Of a DNA stretch of 64,000 bases, positions 39,795 through 53,067 are shown piece after piece. The notes under the pieces are model-generated. The model was given only the letters and a program-made list of their open reading frames with translations. It had not been told where the DNA came from and searched no databases. Within the stretch, counting starts at the first letter, position 1; each line of letters opens with the position of its first letter. Source of the stretch: Octopus vulgaris (Eukaryota); assembly GCA_951406725.2 (NCBI GenBank), contig OX597823.1:5084001-5148000 (forward strand), read 5' to 3'. The translations under genes were made by a program, and so were the position numbers.

Positions 39795-40130
39795 AGAGAG
39801 AGAGAGAGAATTTCTTTATTCACCATAAGGTTGAGAAAAAGAGGGGACAATACGAGGACAGACAAAACAAACATTGGGGTCATGTATCGAATGAGACGAA
39901 ACATATGAGTAAACAAACAATTAAAGTATATACAATGAAATGAAGTGATTTACAAAAAATGAAGCAGAGGACGCGGTCGACCCCACAAACCACATCACTC
40001 ACACTGAAGACTTTGCTTTCTCCTTTTTTACATTCTCATTTAAACAGGTTCTTTCACTCGCAACATACTTGCTATAGACTTCCAACTTTTGGGTTGCAAA
40101 AATACTGATGAAACATTGTAACCTAGGCAG
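39795..40130 (-). mobile_element. Probable LINE 3' UTR remnant with AATAAA and simple-repeat tail
   Basis: Minus strand ends ...ccttatggtgaataaagaaattctctctct; both sides bounded by microsatellite. Confidence 0.4.
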
Positions 40131-40589
40131 AATGATCCACACACACACACACACTCTCACCCCCCTCTCTCTCTCTCTGAAGAAGGGCAAGTGATATGCT
40201 GGAGTGTTTCATTTCCTTATAACAAACCTACATGCTGAACTCTTCTGTAAATTCTTGATGGATAAATTTTCACCAACACAGACCACCCAGTTTTCTCAGA
40301 TTCTAAATTTTATGTTATTAACACTAAATGTGGCTGTGAGGATTAAAGTGGAGCTGTGAGGATTATCTGAGTTTTGTTTTGTTTTATAAGAAGTGAATAA
40401 TTTAAATACTTTTAGAAGTAAAAAATGTTGGTTTTAATGCCTTTAGGGACAAGTATAGCTAAGTGGTTAAGACGTTTGCTTCCCAATCACATGGTTTTGA
40501 GAGCAAGAGGCTTCTGCTGTATCCCTGATCTGACCATTGCCTTGTGAGTGGATTTGGTAGATAGAAACTGTGTGGAAGCCTGTTGTGCC

Positions 40590-41112
40590 ATCGATTTAAT
40601 GTCGACTTTCCTATGCTTGCATGGGTTAGGCTGAGTTTATTGAGACAGATTTTCTATGGCTGGATGACTTTCTTGTTGTCAACCCATCAGTTGTTTCCAA
40701 GCAAGGTAATAGTTCTTTATGGCCAGACATGGTTTTGTAGAATTTTGGAAATGACTGACACTGCTTGTTTGACAGTGACACTCACTTACAACTGTCAAGA
40801 CAAAGAGACACAAACATACACACTCACACAACACACAATCACACACACACACGCATACATACACATACAAAGAATAGGCTTGTGAAGACAAGGAGACACA
40901 TACACAGATACATATACGTGCATGTACACACACACACACACACACGTGCGCACATGCACTCAGAAACAAATAATAGGCTTCCTTCAGTTTCTCCCTACCA
41001 AACCCACTTCAAAGCTTTAATTTGTTTGTGGGTCTAGTAGAAGACTCTTGCCCAAGCTGCCACACAGTGGAACTGAGCTTGAAATCAATGTGGTCCTTAA
41101 TCTCACAGCCAC
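40590..41112 (-). mobile_element. Full-length SINE family 2
   Basis: Head at 40975-41112, internal (CA)n, RTE-like tail at 40590-40800. Confidence 0.7.
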
Positions 41113-41888
41113 TCCATGATAAAGTCTATAATAACATTTTTTTTTCCACCCAATGCAAAGCTGGAATCTTAATTTCTTTGAAAAGAGGGGGAGTGGATGG
41201 GAAAATTCACATCAATGTTGCTTTACTGTTTTTTTTTGTTTTTAATTATATTTTTAGTCTATACATTCGGAAACAAGTTAAATTTGTTAAAAAAAACTGT
41301 AATTGCCTCAGGACCAGAATCATTTAAAAGTAATTACATCCTTAATTAATATTTCAATCCTTTTTCTAACATGCATTTTTTGAAAAATTTGTTTTATAAT
41401 TTAAGCATTCAGATTAAATTATTTTTATTATTGAAAAGACCCCCTCCCCCCATCAAAACAAAGATACAACAAGCAATCGAAAATTTACCAAACGTCAACT
41501 TTCTCTCTCAGCAGAGAGTATTCTCATTAATCTAGTGAGTGGGTTGCTTTGGCTCATTTGTTTCTGGTTTTCTCTTGAAATGCTCTGTAGATGTGGCTGT
41601 GTGGTTAAGAAGTTTGCTTCCCCAACCATGTAGTTTTGAGTTCAGTCTCGCTTCCTTTATAGCCCAGGGTTAATCTAAGCCTTGTTAGTGGATTTGGTAG
41701 ATGGAAACTGAAAGAAGACCAATTATATATATAGTCAATTCAGATAAATGAATAATAAAATTAACAGACAAGAAGATGTGTACAAGGATGTATTAGCTTG
41801 ACACTCAGTAAAAAGAGAGAACCAAGTAAGCTCTTGTTGATTTAACAGTTGTGTTTTAACTCGTTTGATGTCAACTTATGTGACACCA

Positions 41889-41984
41889 CTTCTCTGATCC
41901 ATACTCCATGTTGCTTCTCTGATCCATACTCCATGTTGCTTCTCTGATCCATACTCCATGTTGCTTCTCTGATACTTACTCCAT
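41889..41984. repeat. 25-bp minisatellite, about 3.8 copies
   Basis: cttctctgatccatactccatgttg three times exactly, plus a partial copy. Confidence 0.95.
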
Positions 41985-42274
41985 TTTAAAAAGTTATATA
42001 TATTAAAAACCTTCCACTAAAATCCCATGTCAATTCAGGTACTAAATACCAATTTAAGAATGACAAAATTGTTTTATTAAATTCTGTATTTTCAAAATAG
42101 AATGAAGCAAAGGTGTTGTATTTCAACCAAAATTATGGTAACAAGAGAGTTAAGAATATCATTATTACCCTAACCAGTGATTTCAAAATCCATTTTGTTA
42201 TAGTCTGTATTCTCTTTTCTTTTTCTTCCTGTTAACTATTATTTCATTCCAAACATAATGATTCCAGCTTTTAA

Positions 42275-42413
42275 CCCTTTAGCAATTAAACTGGCCATAT
42301 CTGGCCCAAATATTCTACCTATTTTATGTTCAAACTGACCAGATCCAGCCTCTCACACATACCCTACAATGCCAATCTAAAAATTAAAAATCGCACCATT
42401 GAAATCTCAAAGC

Positions 42414-42471
<58 letters not shown>

Positions 42472-43029
42472 CACATATATATGTGCGTATATATATGTAT
42501 GTATGTATGTATGTATATATATATATATCTAATAAAACTTTATATATAAAGAACGTGAAATACACGAAGTATCGAACACGGAAAACAGACAGTCATTCGA
42601 AGCCTTCATTCTTCATGGCAAATCATTATCATCATCATCATTTAATGTCCGTTTTCCATGCTAACATGGGTTGGACAGTTCGACTGGGGTCTGGGAAGCC
42701 AGGAAGCTGCACCAGGCTCCAGTCTGATCTGGCAGTGTTTCTACAGCTGGATACCCTTCCTAACGCCAACCACTCTGAGTGTAGTGGGTGCTTTTTGACA
42801 TACCACTGGCACAGGTGCCAGGGGAGGCTGGCAATGGCCACGATCGGTTGGTGCTTTTTACGTGCCACCAGCACAGGTGCCAGGGGAGGCTGGCAATGGC
42901 ACGATCGGTTGGTGGTTTTTACGTGCCACCGGCATGGAAGCCAGTCAAGGCGGCGCTGGCATGTTTAATTCAAAACAATATAAATAAATAGCCATTACAT
43001 TTCACAGAGTAATCCGAAGGCTTAAAGGG
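42275..43029. mobile_element. piggyBac-type MITE family B with about 540 bp nested insert
   Basis: TTAA|ccctttagc ... taaaggg|TTAA; the two halves match the intact copy at 48721-48938. Confidence 0.85.
42624..42960 (-). mobile_element. RTE 3' UTR fragment
   Basis: (CAT)n tail and three ggtgctttttacgtgccacc-type units. Confidence 0.9.
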
Positions 43030-43360
43030 TTAACTTTGCTATCTTACCCCAAACCTTGTTTATTAGTTCACTGCACTTTTTTAACTCTTCCCACTAGAGA
43101 ACGGTTATTGCTCTTTTGCAGGAATCCACTGATAATTTTGATGCCCAATTGTCTTCTCAATTCCCTTGCACTGTAGGCCATCGTTCACTTTGTAAATAAT
43201 TGCCAATCTGACCTAATAATAGAGGAGTGTATTTTTATTTTCTAATTTTTTAAACTTTCTTTCTAGGGAATAGTATCTGGCTTCACTATTCTGACACCAT
43301 CATTACTTCCTGTTCCTCTGCCAGACTTCAAAACAACCACGTGTCTGTGCGCGCGTGCGC

Positions 43361-43416
<56 letters not shown>

Positions 43417-43434
43417 GTATATATGTGTGCATAT

Positions 43435-43480
<46 letters not shown>

Positions 43481-43564
43481 ATATACACACACACATATAT
43501 ATATATATATACACATATATATGTGCGTATATATATGTATGTATGTATGTATATATATATATAT

Positions 43565-44965
43565 ATCTAATAAAACTTTATATATAAAGAACGTGAAATA
43601 CACGAAGTATCGAACACGGAAAACAGACAGTCATTCGAAGCCTTCATTCTTCATGGCAAATTTCAGCTGTTTAATTCTGAGATTTGCTCCAAAACGGCCA
43701 GCCCCAAGGAAAAGCTAAGCTATGGGCATTAGATTTCCTTGGTAGAAGGAAAGAATGTGAACGCAACAACAGAGACGAATAGGAAAACAAGAGACGAAGA
43801 TAAAATTGGAAACAGTAACGAATAAAAACAAGAATGACAAGAGGCGTCTTACGACTTTGAGACAGAATGGGACAAAAACAATTGATCAGCAAGCGTGGGA
43901 AGCGGTTACCTTTTCGGTAGAGGTGACACGTGTAGAACGGGCGGCTGTCGCCAACGGAATGGCTTAGGAGCAGCAGGTTGCAAGGTGAGAGAGAGAGAAA
44001 GAGAGACAGAGAGAGAGGGGATTAAGGAGGGCAGAGGACAGAAGCAATGACCAAGAGAGAGAGAAAGAAAGAATTAAAGAGGATGGGAGGAAGAGGCACC
44101 AAAATAACTTGGTAAAGAAGTGCCAAAATACCTTTCGAGATTGCTCCAATCTGGCCAGCCCCAAGGAAAAACTAAGCTAAGAGCACTAGATTCCTTGGAA
44201 AAAAGCAGCAAATGTATACGAAAACAAGGACGGAAAAAACAAAATGGAGAAATGGTACAGAAATTCAAATAACAGGACATTAACAACGGGTGTCTTTCAA
44301 TTAAGGAGGAATTAAATTAAGCTGGCATATGTTGAAGTAAAGCCTTACGGCAGGGACATAAGATTTGACAGGCACGGGGAGGAATATAGATGTTGCACAC
44401 ATGGTAGTTGAACCAAGAAAGAAAGATCAGGCTTGGACGAACACCAGTCATGTGGGGAGAAAAGAGAGAGAGGTAGAGGCAGAGGGATAGAAGAACTAAG
44501 GAGGGGTGAGAAAAAAATGAAAGGGACAGAGTGAAGTGAAAGAGGAAGGAAGGTGAGAATGAAGAGAAGGCCAGGAAATGTGGGAGGGGGGAATGAAAGT
44601 ACAAAGAGTAGAATAAACAAAGTAAATGTGAAGGGGCTGATAGAAAGAAGGAAAGAATAGAAAGAATAATAGTCATACAAAATTTAGATATATATACTTA
44701 CATATAAGAGACCAAAATGCTATATTTTTACATATAAAAAATACAAAAATGGGACAAGAATGCAAAACATCCAGACAGACGATACAAAAAAAACAAAGAC
44801 GGGTCACTCAGAGTTTTCTTTCCTCAGTCGAGTTCCAGATTATCTTTGCAGTTTTGGCTAGTTATATATTTCTTTCTTTCCTTTCCTGAGTGCCCAATAA
44901 CACTATACTTGTTCCATGTCCTTGCGTTGCTATGTTTTCTCTTTGTGTTTTCATGTTTGGATTAA
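43565..44965. mobile_element. Non-coding retroelement remnant with purine-rich tracts and an internal duplication (possibly Penelope-like)
   Basis: ggccagccccaaggaaaa...taagcta...agatt(t)ccttgg repeated at 43680-43745 and 44137-44200; bounded by (TA)n. Confidence 0.4.
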
Positions 44966-45234
44966 CTATACATATATATATATATATGTATATTTAGTTG
45001 TCATACATGACTACCAATATGCAATGGTTGGTTACAATTTCCAGGGTAACTGTGTGGCATTTGTGATATATCTTCATTCCAGTGGGACATGTTCTTGTTT
45101 AACATGTGGCCATGCGGTTGACAAGTTTGCATTGCACCAACTATGTTTTGGGTTCAGTCCCACTAACACTGCTCCTTCAGCTGGGGTCTTGCTGTCATTC
45201 CCTCAGATCACCTATTTCAAACAAGTACTTAATT

Positions 45235-45440
45235 AATTATTCTTTTCTACTCCAGGCACAAAGCCCAAAATCTTGGGGGAGGGGGCAATTAGATCGACAC
45301 CAGTATGCAACTGGTACTTAATTTATTGACTCTGTAAGGATGAAAGGCAAAGTCATCTTTGGAGGAATTTGAACTCAGAATGTAGAGATCAAATGCTGCT
45401 CAGCATTTCGTCTGGTGTGCTAACAATTCACCCAGCTCAC
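45235..45440 (-). mobile_element. SINE family 3
   Basis: ggtacttaatttattgactctgtaaggatgaaaggcaaagtc...gaatttgaactcagaatg. Confidence 0.75.
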
Positions 45441-45770
45441 TGCCTCGGTGCTGGAGCATTTACCATCATATGCATGTGTGTGTGTGTGTGTGTTAAGGAC
45501 ACTGATATCTGTTGAGGCTTTTGATAAACAAAGTATTTTTTTCTTTTTGTAAACAAAGAAATCTGTTGTTACTATGAATGACAAAACATCAAGAAGAGTT
45601 TGAATACAACGGATTTTGATGTGATTGTAGCAGCAGTCCAAGTGTGGTTAACTGGTGATGGTGTTGCTGCTGACATTTGTCATTGTTTGGCTGCTGTTAG
45701 CTTGGATCAGCTGTTGTCCACCATCTCTTCACCCTCTTCTGATTGTCTCTCTATACTGTCATCCCTCACT

Positions 45771-45833
<63 letters not shown>

Positions 45834-45994
45834 GTAGCTTAGGTGCACCAAATTCATAGTAATGGCTAGGTTCAGAAAGAAACATGCCAAAAAATTAAAT
45901 TGTTGCTGGAGCTTATACCAAATCAGAGTCTTGATTGGTCAGATGTTTCTAATCAGGTGAGTAGTGATATTCTAGTGAATCACAACATAGGATA

Positions 45995-46654
45995 CAGTAA
46001 TCCCTTGCCTATCACTAGTGTTACAGTCCCCCACCCCCACCCCCCACAATAGGTGAAAATCCACGAAGAAGAAATGGTTCTGTATATTATTTTTTATATT
46101 ATTATAATTTGTATATATTCATTTTATTATAAATGCAAAACAGCTCCACGCACTCACCTCCTGACTTTCGTTTTCCTTACAGTATATGAAATTCATTGTT
46201 TACTCATCTATGGTACACTATTTTCTTTTAATATATTTTAATTTATGTGTTATACTGTATTTCTGTGCAGGTGGCACGTAAAAAGCACCCACTACACTCG
46301 CGGAGTGGTTGGCGTTAGGAAGGGCATCCAGCTGTAGAAACACTGCCAGACCAGACTGGAGCCTGGTGCAGCCCCTGGCTTCCCAGACCCCAGTCGAACC
46401 GTCCAACTCGTGCTAGCGCGGAAAACGGATGTTAAACGATGATGATGATGAATTTATTAATTTTTAGATATGAAAATGCTTATTTTACCACAAATAGTTA
46501 AAATGTAAAAAAATATAAATACCTATTGGTCACAGAAACCCGTGATATACTGAGGAGTCTGCGATATAAATTTACATATACTGTATTGGCCCCCAAAAAT
46601 CTGAGATGTACTGAGGGCACGATAAGTAAACCGTGATATGGTGACTGATTACTC
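45995..46654. mobile_element. Tc1/mariner (pogo/Tigger-like) non-autonomous element
   Basis: TA|cagtaatccc ... gattactc|TA imperfect TIRs; subterminal repeats ccgtgatata/ctgcgatata. Confidence 0.55.
46264..46450 (+). mobile_element. Young RTE 3' UTR fragment nested in the Tigger-like element
   Basis: ggtggcacgtaaaaagcacc...gttaaacgatgatgatgatg; CpGs retained. Confidence 0.9.
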
Positions 46655-47627
46655 TATAGTGATCTGATTGTAGAATATTCCTGCTACACATATATATGGT
46701 GGAGGACAAGTCATAAATGAGTAAGACCACTTCCGAAATTCAGTAAGTCCATGCAAATGTAATGTTCCAAGAGTTCAAGAAGTTCCCGGATGTGAATTTG
46801 TTTTGAGTAAATAAAGTGTTGCACAGCATTGAACCCATTTTCCAGTGCAATCATCTATAAAGAGCAGTGGCACAACAGAGGTTTCGATAAACCAGTAATC
46901 AACTGTCCTTCGGGGGTTTTTTATGCTTTATATAAGTTTATCTGTGCATAGAAGGAAGTTCTAAGAAGAACTAGGGGTGCTTCACTCCCAGTGATTCACA
47001 TATTATTCCTGCAGTGAAATGTCTTCCCATGCCCAAATGCACATGTTGAATATGACTGTACATGTGTATATTTTATTCAATGACTCTAGTGTGCATATGT
47101 ATATGCATGCATGCGCAAACACACTGCAGGTTTCTTTCAGTTTCTGCCTACTAAATCCTCTCACAAAACTTTGGTTGTCTTAGGTTATAGTGGATGACGC
47201 TTGGGCAAGGTTTCATGCAACGGAACTCAACCCTAGACCGTGTGTCCAGAAAGCAAACTTCTTAACCACTCAGCCACTCCCATGCTTACAATTTACTTTC
47301 ATTGTAACTCATAATAGTATACGTTATTTATTTACTACATTCTAGCATGGTGCCCAGTCATTTAAAAACAAATAAAAATTAATAAAAAAAATATTACCAT
47401 GACTACTAAATATTCTAATTAGTCTCAGTGTGTATGTGGTAATTGCTAAAAGCCATTTTTAGAATATTTTCTTTTCCAATGCCAGCTTTGGAACAAACAT
47501 GATGGATCATGGGACAGGAGGGTTTATTGTTAGCAGAACAATACTCATTTTCTTACCTTCAATTGTTTCTGTTATGAAGCTCTGTCTGTGTGTGAGCATG
47601 CATGTGCATGTATGCATTTATGTTTCA

Positions 47628-47680
<53 letters not shown>

Positions 47681-48720
47681 AATGACTGCCATTTATATTG
47701 TTTTATTCCTATGTAAAGTATTTCCCTTTAATTGGCTCATTCTCTGCTGCAGAGAAAAACCTTTCAGATCTATTTTCCTTGGTGTTCAAAATGTCATTCG
47801 AGTACAAAACATTTTCTTGCAAAGCTTAATTTTTTTGTTTTCTGTTGTTTGCAAACCTGTTCACCTCCTCATAATGTGAAAGCATAAACATACAAAGAGA
47901 GAATAACAAAATAAAAAGTGCAAGCCAAATTATAAAACTGGATGCATGTACACACTCACACACACATGCTTGCATAATTTCATATTAATTGTTTCAAATC
48001 CACATAATCCCACCCCCTATTTATTTATTTACTTTTATGCATGGTGTTATGAAGAAAGGGGTTGAAACAAATAATCCCTTACTCTTGATCTGATGCTTAT
48101 TTATTTTAATGAGAGCAGCTTTTTTTTTTTAAATCTCACAAATGTAATCTCTATAATATTGTCATTAAAATCTAAATAAATACCTTATTTGTATGTCTTA
48201 GCAAATTTAAGCTGCTTATATTATTATTTTCTATCAGAAACATTGATTGGAATATAAAAGTGTCCAGTTTTTGAAATTTGTTACATTTGATTGACTGCCA
48301 GAGAGTCAATAGCTATTGACCGAAGGAGAGTGGTCTTGTTTAACTCTTTGATACCCACCCGTTTGAGACCACCCCTGGCTCTGTGATACAAACCTTCTGT
48401 TTTAAAGGGATCTAAATTAAAACATTTCATCAAACACCAGCTCAATAATGATAGTTATTTTACTAAATTTGTTATTATTTTCAAAATTAATTGAAATAGA
48501 AGTGGTGTACTTCATTGGAAATATATCTTTAAAACAGTGAAGCAGAACTATGTTCAAGGGCATGCTGCCAGCCATGACCATCTAGTCATATTTTTCCATT
48601 TAATCACAGTATATCCCAGACTACATCATCCAGTGAGGGTAGGGTGTGATTCAACCCTTTTGATACCAATACACATGAGACCACCCCTGGTTCTTTGATA
48701 AAAAAAACTTCTTGTTTTAA

Positions 48721-48938
48721 CCCTTTAACATTTAAACTAGCTTTTTCAGGCTCAAATATTCTACCTGTTTCATGTTCAAACTGACCAGGTCTGGCCTCTT
48801 ACACCTACCCTACATTGTCCTTCTAAAAACAAACAACCACAACATTGAAATCTTGGCACTACAAGATAATGCATAATTAATTCAAAACATTGTGCAAAAG
48901 CAAGCCTTACATTTGACAATAATCTGAATGCTAAAGGG
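48721..48938. mobile_element. piggyBac-type MITE family B (218 bp) inserted in a TTAA site of a family A MITE
   Basis: TTAA duplicated at 48717-48720 and 48939-48942; the host MITE resumes after it. Confidence 0.85.
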
Positions 48939-49854
48939 TTAAAGTGATCTATAATTAAAATCTTCCATCAAAAGTTCATTTAAATTATGTTCCAAACACC
49001 ATGTTAATAATGACAGTTATTTTATGAAATTCTTTATTATTTTCAAAATTAATTTCTTGGAGGACTCCAAAAATTACAGAGTTTATTAATTCTTTAGTTC
49101 ATTGACTGTATTTCGCTTGGCACAAGGCCTGAAATTTAGGTGAAGTGGGGAATAATTAATTATACACCGACTCCAGTACATGACTGGTACTTTAGTTTAT
49201 CTACTATGGCAGGATGAAAGCAAAGTTGACCTCAGTAGGATTTGAACTCAGAATGTACAGAGCTGAAAGAGACACTGCAAGGCATTTCTTCCAACACACT
49301 AATGATTTTATCAACTTACCACTACCTTGCTCATGATAATATGTATAATTATCAGTTAATTGTCCATAAGTCATAAAAAAATGCACATTTAATATAAGCT
49401 GTAGAACTGTTATATTTCCATATATTCTTTTGCCCATGGCCAACATCAGTCCTTGAGAAATAACTCAAGGAAAAATGTTATTTTTTTCACTTTATTTCTT
49501 TCCATTTCATATTAGCAACACCAAATCACCTATATGAAAATAACTTGCTGATGACGATTTGTTCTTTAATCTCACTTTAACTATTGTTTCTTATAAATGC
49601 CTGTGTATTATTCATTCTTTTGTCTATTGTCTGCACTTTGCCATCCGTTTTTGAAGTCCAGCACTGGCTGAGACATCATAGATTTCACCACAAACTATTA
49701 CGTTAAATGTATCTTTGTATAATACGTTCCACACTTTAACTAAATTTTATTATTTTTTATTGGTACCATACTAGTTTATCATTGACTGTGTTTTCTTTGA
49801 AACTGTCACTCCAAATTTTTTTGTTAAACATTTCAGTAGAAATGCATCAGTGTT

Positions 49855-50262
49855 GTCATCATTGTTTTAATGCCCACTTCTTCCATATATGTCTGGTTCA
49901 GACGGAATTCATTCAGGTAGAATTCCTATGGCTGGATGCTCTTCCAGTTGCCCACACTCACTTGTTTCCTCATGTTTAGACATGTTTCATAGAAGACTGG
50001 AAATGAAGGGCACCACACATATAACAGAGATACCCAATTTCAACTATCGTATGATATCAAGACAAGTAGACACAAACACTGATACATAGATATATACACG
50101 TACATATTTACACACACACACGCTTCTGTCTACCAACCAAACTCACAAGATGTTGGTCAGCCCAGAACTATTTTAGGAGACACTTTTCCATGGTGTCTCA
50201 TTGTAGGATTGAACCTGAAACCTGTCGCTCAGTTTAGGAAGCAACGTTCTCAACCACACTGC
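49855..50262 (-). mobile_element. SINE family 2, degenerate (another copy at 53203-53510)
   Basis: ggctggatgctcttcc...gaagactggaaatg...ctgtctaccaaccaaactcacaag. Confidence 0.6.
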
Positions 50263-51873
50263 TTTGCTTGTCCTAAAAGTAATGTATCATAAATTCAAAT
50301 TCATAATTTGGTATAAATTGTTGACTTTTTAAAAATGTATTTTACTTTTCTTTACTGGTGTTATTAGAAGGTGAGAAAGCGCTATAATGCTAGAACTTCC
50401 CCCAGGTTTCATGGCATTAACTGTTTTTGTTACCATATTTCTTTTGAAATACACTGCCTTTGTTTCAATTTATTTGGAAAACAATGAAAAATTTAGTAAG
50501 AAAACTCTATCATTGTTAATCTGATGTTTGGAACAAGAAATTTTGATGGAAGGCTTTGATTTAGATAATTTTAAAGCATGAAGTTTGTATTATAGAATCA
50601 GGTGGGCTGGTATCAAAGCTTTCATCACCATTTCTTCATGACAATTGTACATGTGGAGTTTTTGTACTTCTGAGCTTTTTGCTTTCTCTATTTATTCCTA
50701 GTGTCTAAATTACAATCTGTTATTACTGGATGTTTTCTTAAATTCTGTAATTCTTGAAGTAAGGTAAGATGAGCCGTATTCTTTATTTCCTGGTAGCATG
50801 CAACGTTTTATTAGTTTTCTGGTTAACAAACATAATGAAATCTACCTGATTGTCATTTTTATCTGATCTGAAGTGTGAAGAATATTGACACTTAGTTCAG
50901 CTGCATACATTTTCACAGCAGCAATAAACACGTTATCTCCTGTGGGGAAAATAAACCTACTTGTCAAATATCATAAATACCTTCTTTCCTATCTCATTGA
51001 TAAACCAAACTGTATAGTTTACATCTTACATTGCTGCAACTTGCTATATTTCCTCCTATTTCTTTGGCTCAACCCTTAATTATTTAGTGTCATAAAAATA
51101 GCTGAAATATGAGACAGCTATCATCTGTCTTCTTTTCTATGATATTCCTAACTCAGATATAATTTCATTCTTTGTTATTATTGCCTAGAGAATATACAAG
51201 ATTTACTTTTTGAACCACATTATCAAAATGGCATCTGCTGACAGTCTGCAACAAGGGTAGCTGCCGAATATTATTACTATTCTTTTCTTTTTTTTTTTCA
51301 AGGTGTGAATAGATGTGGGTTGTTAAGTGTGAAAACCCTGTACTAAGAGAAAACAGTTGTTGTTATATCAAAAATATGTGCCTTCTTCTATCCTGGACAT
51401 ATGGCCAGCAGAAGTCTGAAGTTTATGAACTTGGTAAATAGCTTAGAGCTGCAGTTTTATATGTCTTACAATATCTTGCTGAAGTATTAACACTTTTGAT
51501 ACCAAACCACCTCAGATTGTCGATGGTTCTATGACGCAAACTTCCTGTTTTAAAGAAATCTAAAGTAAAACTTTACATCAAAATTTCAGGTTAATATTGA
51601 CAAAGTTAATATTGAAGATATTTTACTAAATTCTTCATTATTTTGAAAATTAATCAAAACAAAGGTTGTTTATTTCAACAGAAATAGGGTAACAAAAGGG
51701 TTAAACTATAGTATCATAGCATTGAAGGCAACTAGTTAACTAAGAGGTTATGCTTTTAATTAAAAAATTTTTTTGCGTATATTAGTTTAAATTTACAGGA
51801 AAACAAAAGACAAAGACAGGTGTATGAACAACAAGCAGGTGTATTAGTTTGAAGCTTGGGAAAGTGAGAAAGT

Positions 51874-51909
51874 CTTTTACATTTCGAGCCTACGCTCTTC
51901 AACAGAAAG
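51874..51909 (-). ncRNA. Minimal hammerhead variant in a Penelope-like remnant (51790-51945)
   Basis: CUUU-CUGUUGA-A-GAGC-GUAG-GCUC-GAAAUGU-A-AAAG; flanks homologous to 20415-20575. Confidence 0.55.
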
Positions 51910-51951
51910 GAATAAGAAAACCTAAAGAGAAAGAGCATGAAAAAAACTTGA

Positions 51952-52325
51952 GATGCAGGTGTTGCTGTGTGGTAAGAAGCTTGCTTCCTAACCAAGTTTC
52001 TACATTCTCACCGTGTGGCACCTTGGGCAAGTGTCTTCAACTATAGCCCTGGGCCAACAAAAACCTTGTCCGTGGATTTGGTAGATGGAACTAAAAAAAA
52101 GGCTATCATGTATGTTATATGTGTGTCATTGTGTTTGTCCACCACCTCTGCTTGACAACTGGTGTTGGTTTGTTTACATCCCCATAACTTAGTGGTTTAG
52201 TAAAAGAAACTGCTAGAATAAGAACCTGGCTAAAAATAAGTACTGAGGTCAAGTTTTTCAACTAAAACCTGACAGGGCAGTGCCCCAGCATGGCCACAGT
52301 CCAGTGTCTGAATCAGGTACAAAAT
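51952..52325 (+). mobile_element. SINE family 1, full length
   Basis: Head, body and tail homology to 8432-8823. Confidence 0.8.
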
Positions 52326-52603
52326 AAATGGTAAAAAAAGATACAAAATAAAATGTGTTTAGATATATGTTTACAAATACATATATACATTTGTATATAG
52401 CTACACACACAAACACACACACATACTTATGCATATATAAATATTGTACCCTCCTACAAATGTGCAATCCACCTCCCCCTCCTCCCTTGTTAACTCCCTC
52501 TTCAAAGAACATTGTTCTCATCTATCTCCTAACCCGTCATCTGTTTTGTATTTGTTTTCTTTACTTTCTTTCCAGACATTTTCCTTCCTCACTATTATTT
52601 TTC

Positions 52604-52637
52604 CTTCTGATGAAGGACTAATGTCTGAAATGTTAAG
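52604..52637 (+). ncRNA. Minimal hammerhead motif with canonical CUGAUGA core
   Basis: CUU-CUGAUGA-A-GGAC-UAAU-GUCU-GAAAUGU-U-AAG. Confidence 0.6.
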
Positions 52638-53034
52638 ACTCCTTTTTTCCTTTTAAGCATTAAACCAATACAGTATTTGCTAAAACTTGTCCCTTCTGTG
52701 TTGTCTTTTTCCATTTTCGTTCATTACATTTCCAGTATACCTTATTTCTATGCATTTTTATATATATGTGTATGCACACATACAAATATTTATTTTGCAT
52801 TCTTTAACAGAGCCAGCCTCCATCTTACACACACACACACACACACACAAAACCAACTGAAAATTCCATTGTATCATTAAAAGAAAATTACTGTGGAACT
52901 GTTTAGATTCTTTTTAAAAGCATTCCACATACTTCTATTCAAGTCAGTTTGGTTGTTTATAAATTCAAGTATTTGGTAATCACTTAGTTATAGAATAGTA
53001 CTAATAGCTGTTTTGAATAAGATTGTATATATAT

Positions 53035-53067
<33 letters not shown>

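Noticed and set aside
43622-43660. Hammerhead-like UGAAGA...CGAAUGAC on the minus strand (also 42585-42620 and 44797-44830)
   Set aside because: GAAA is replaced by GAAU or GAGU, and I could not assign convincing stems I and III
46870-46925. ccttcggggg followed by a T-run resembling a bacterial terminator; weak hammerhead-like pattern on the minus strand
   Set aside because: Eukaryotic context and a very short stem; the hammerhead core and stem I do not fit
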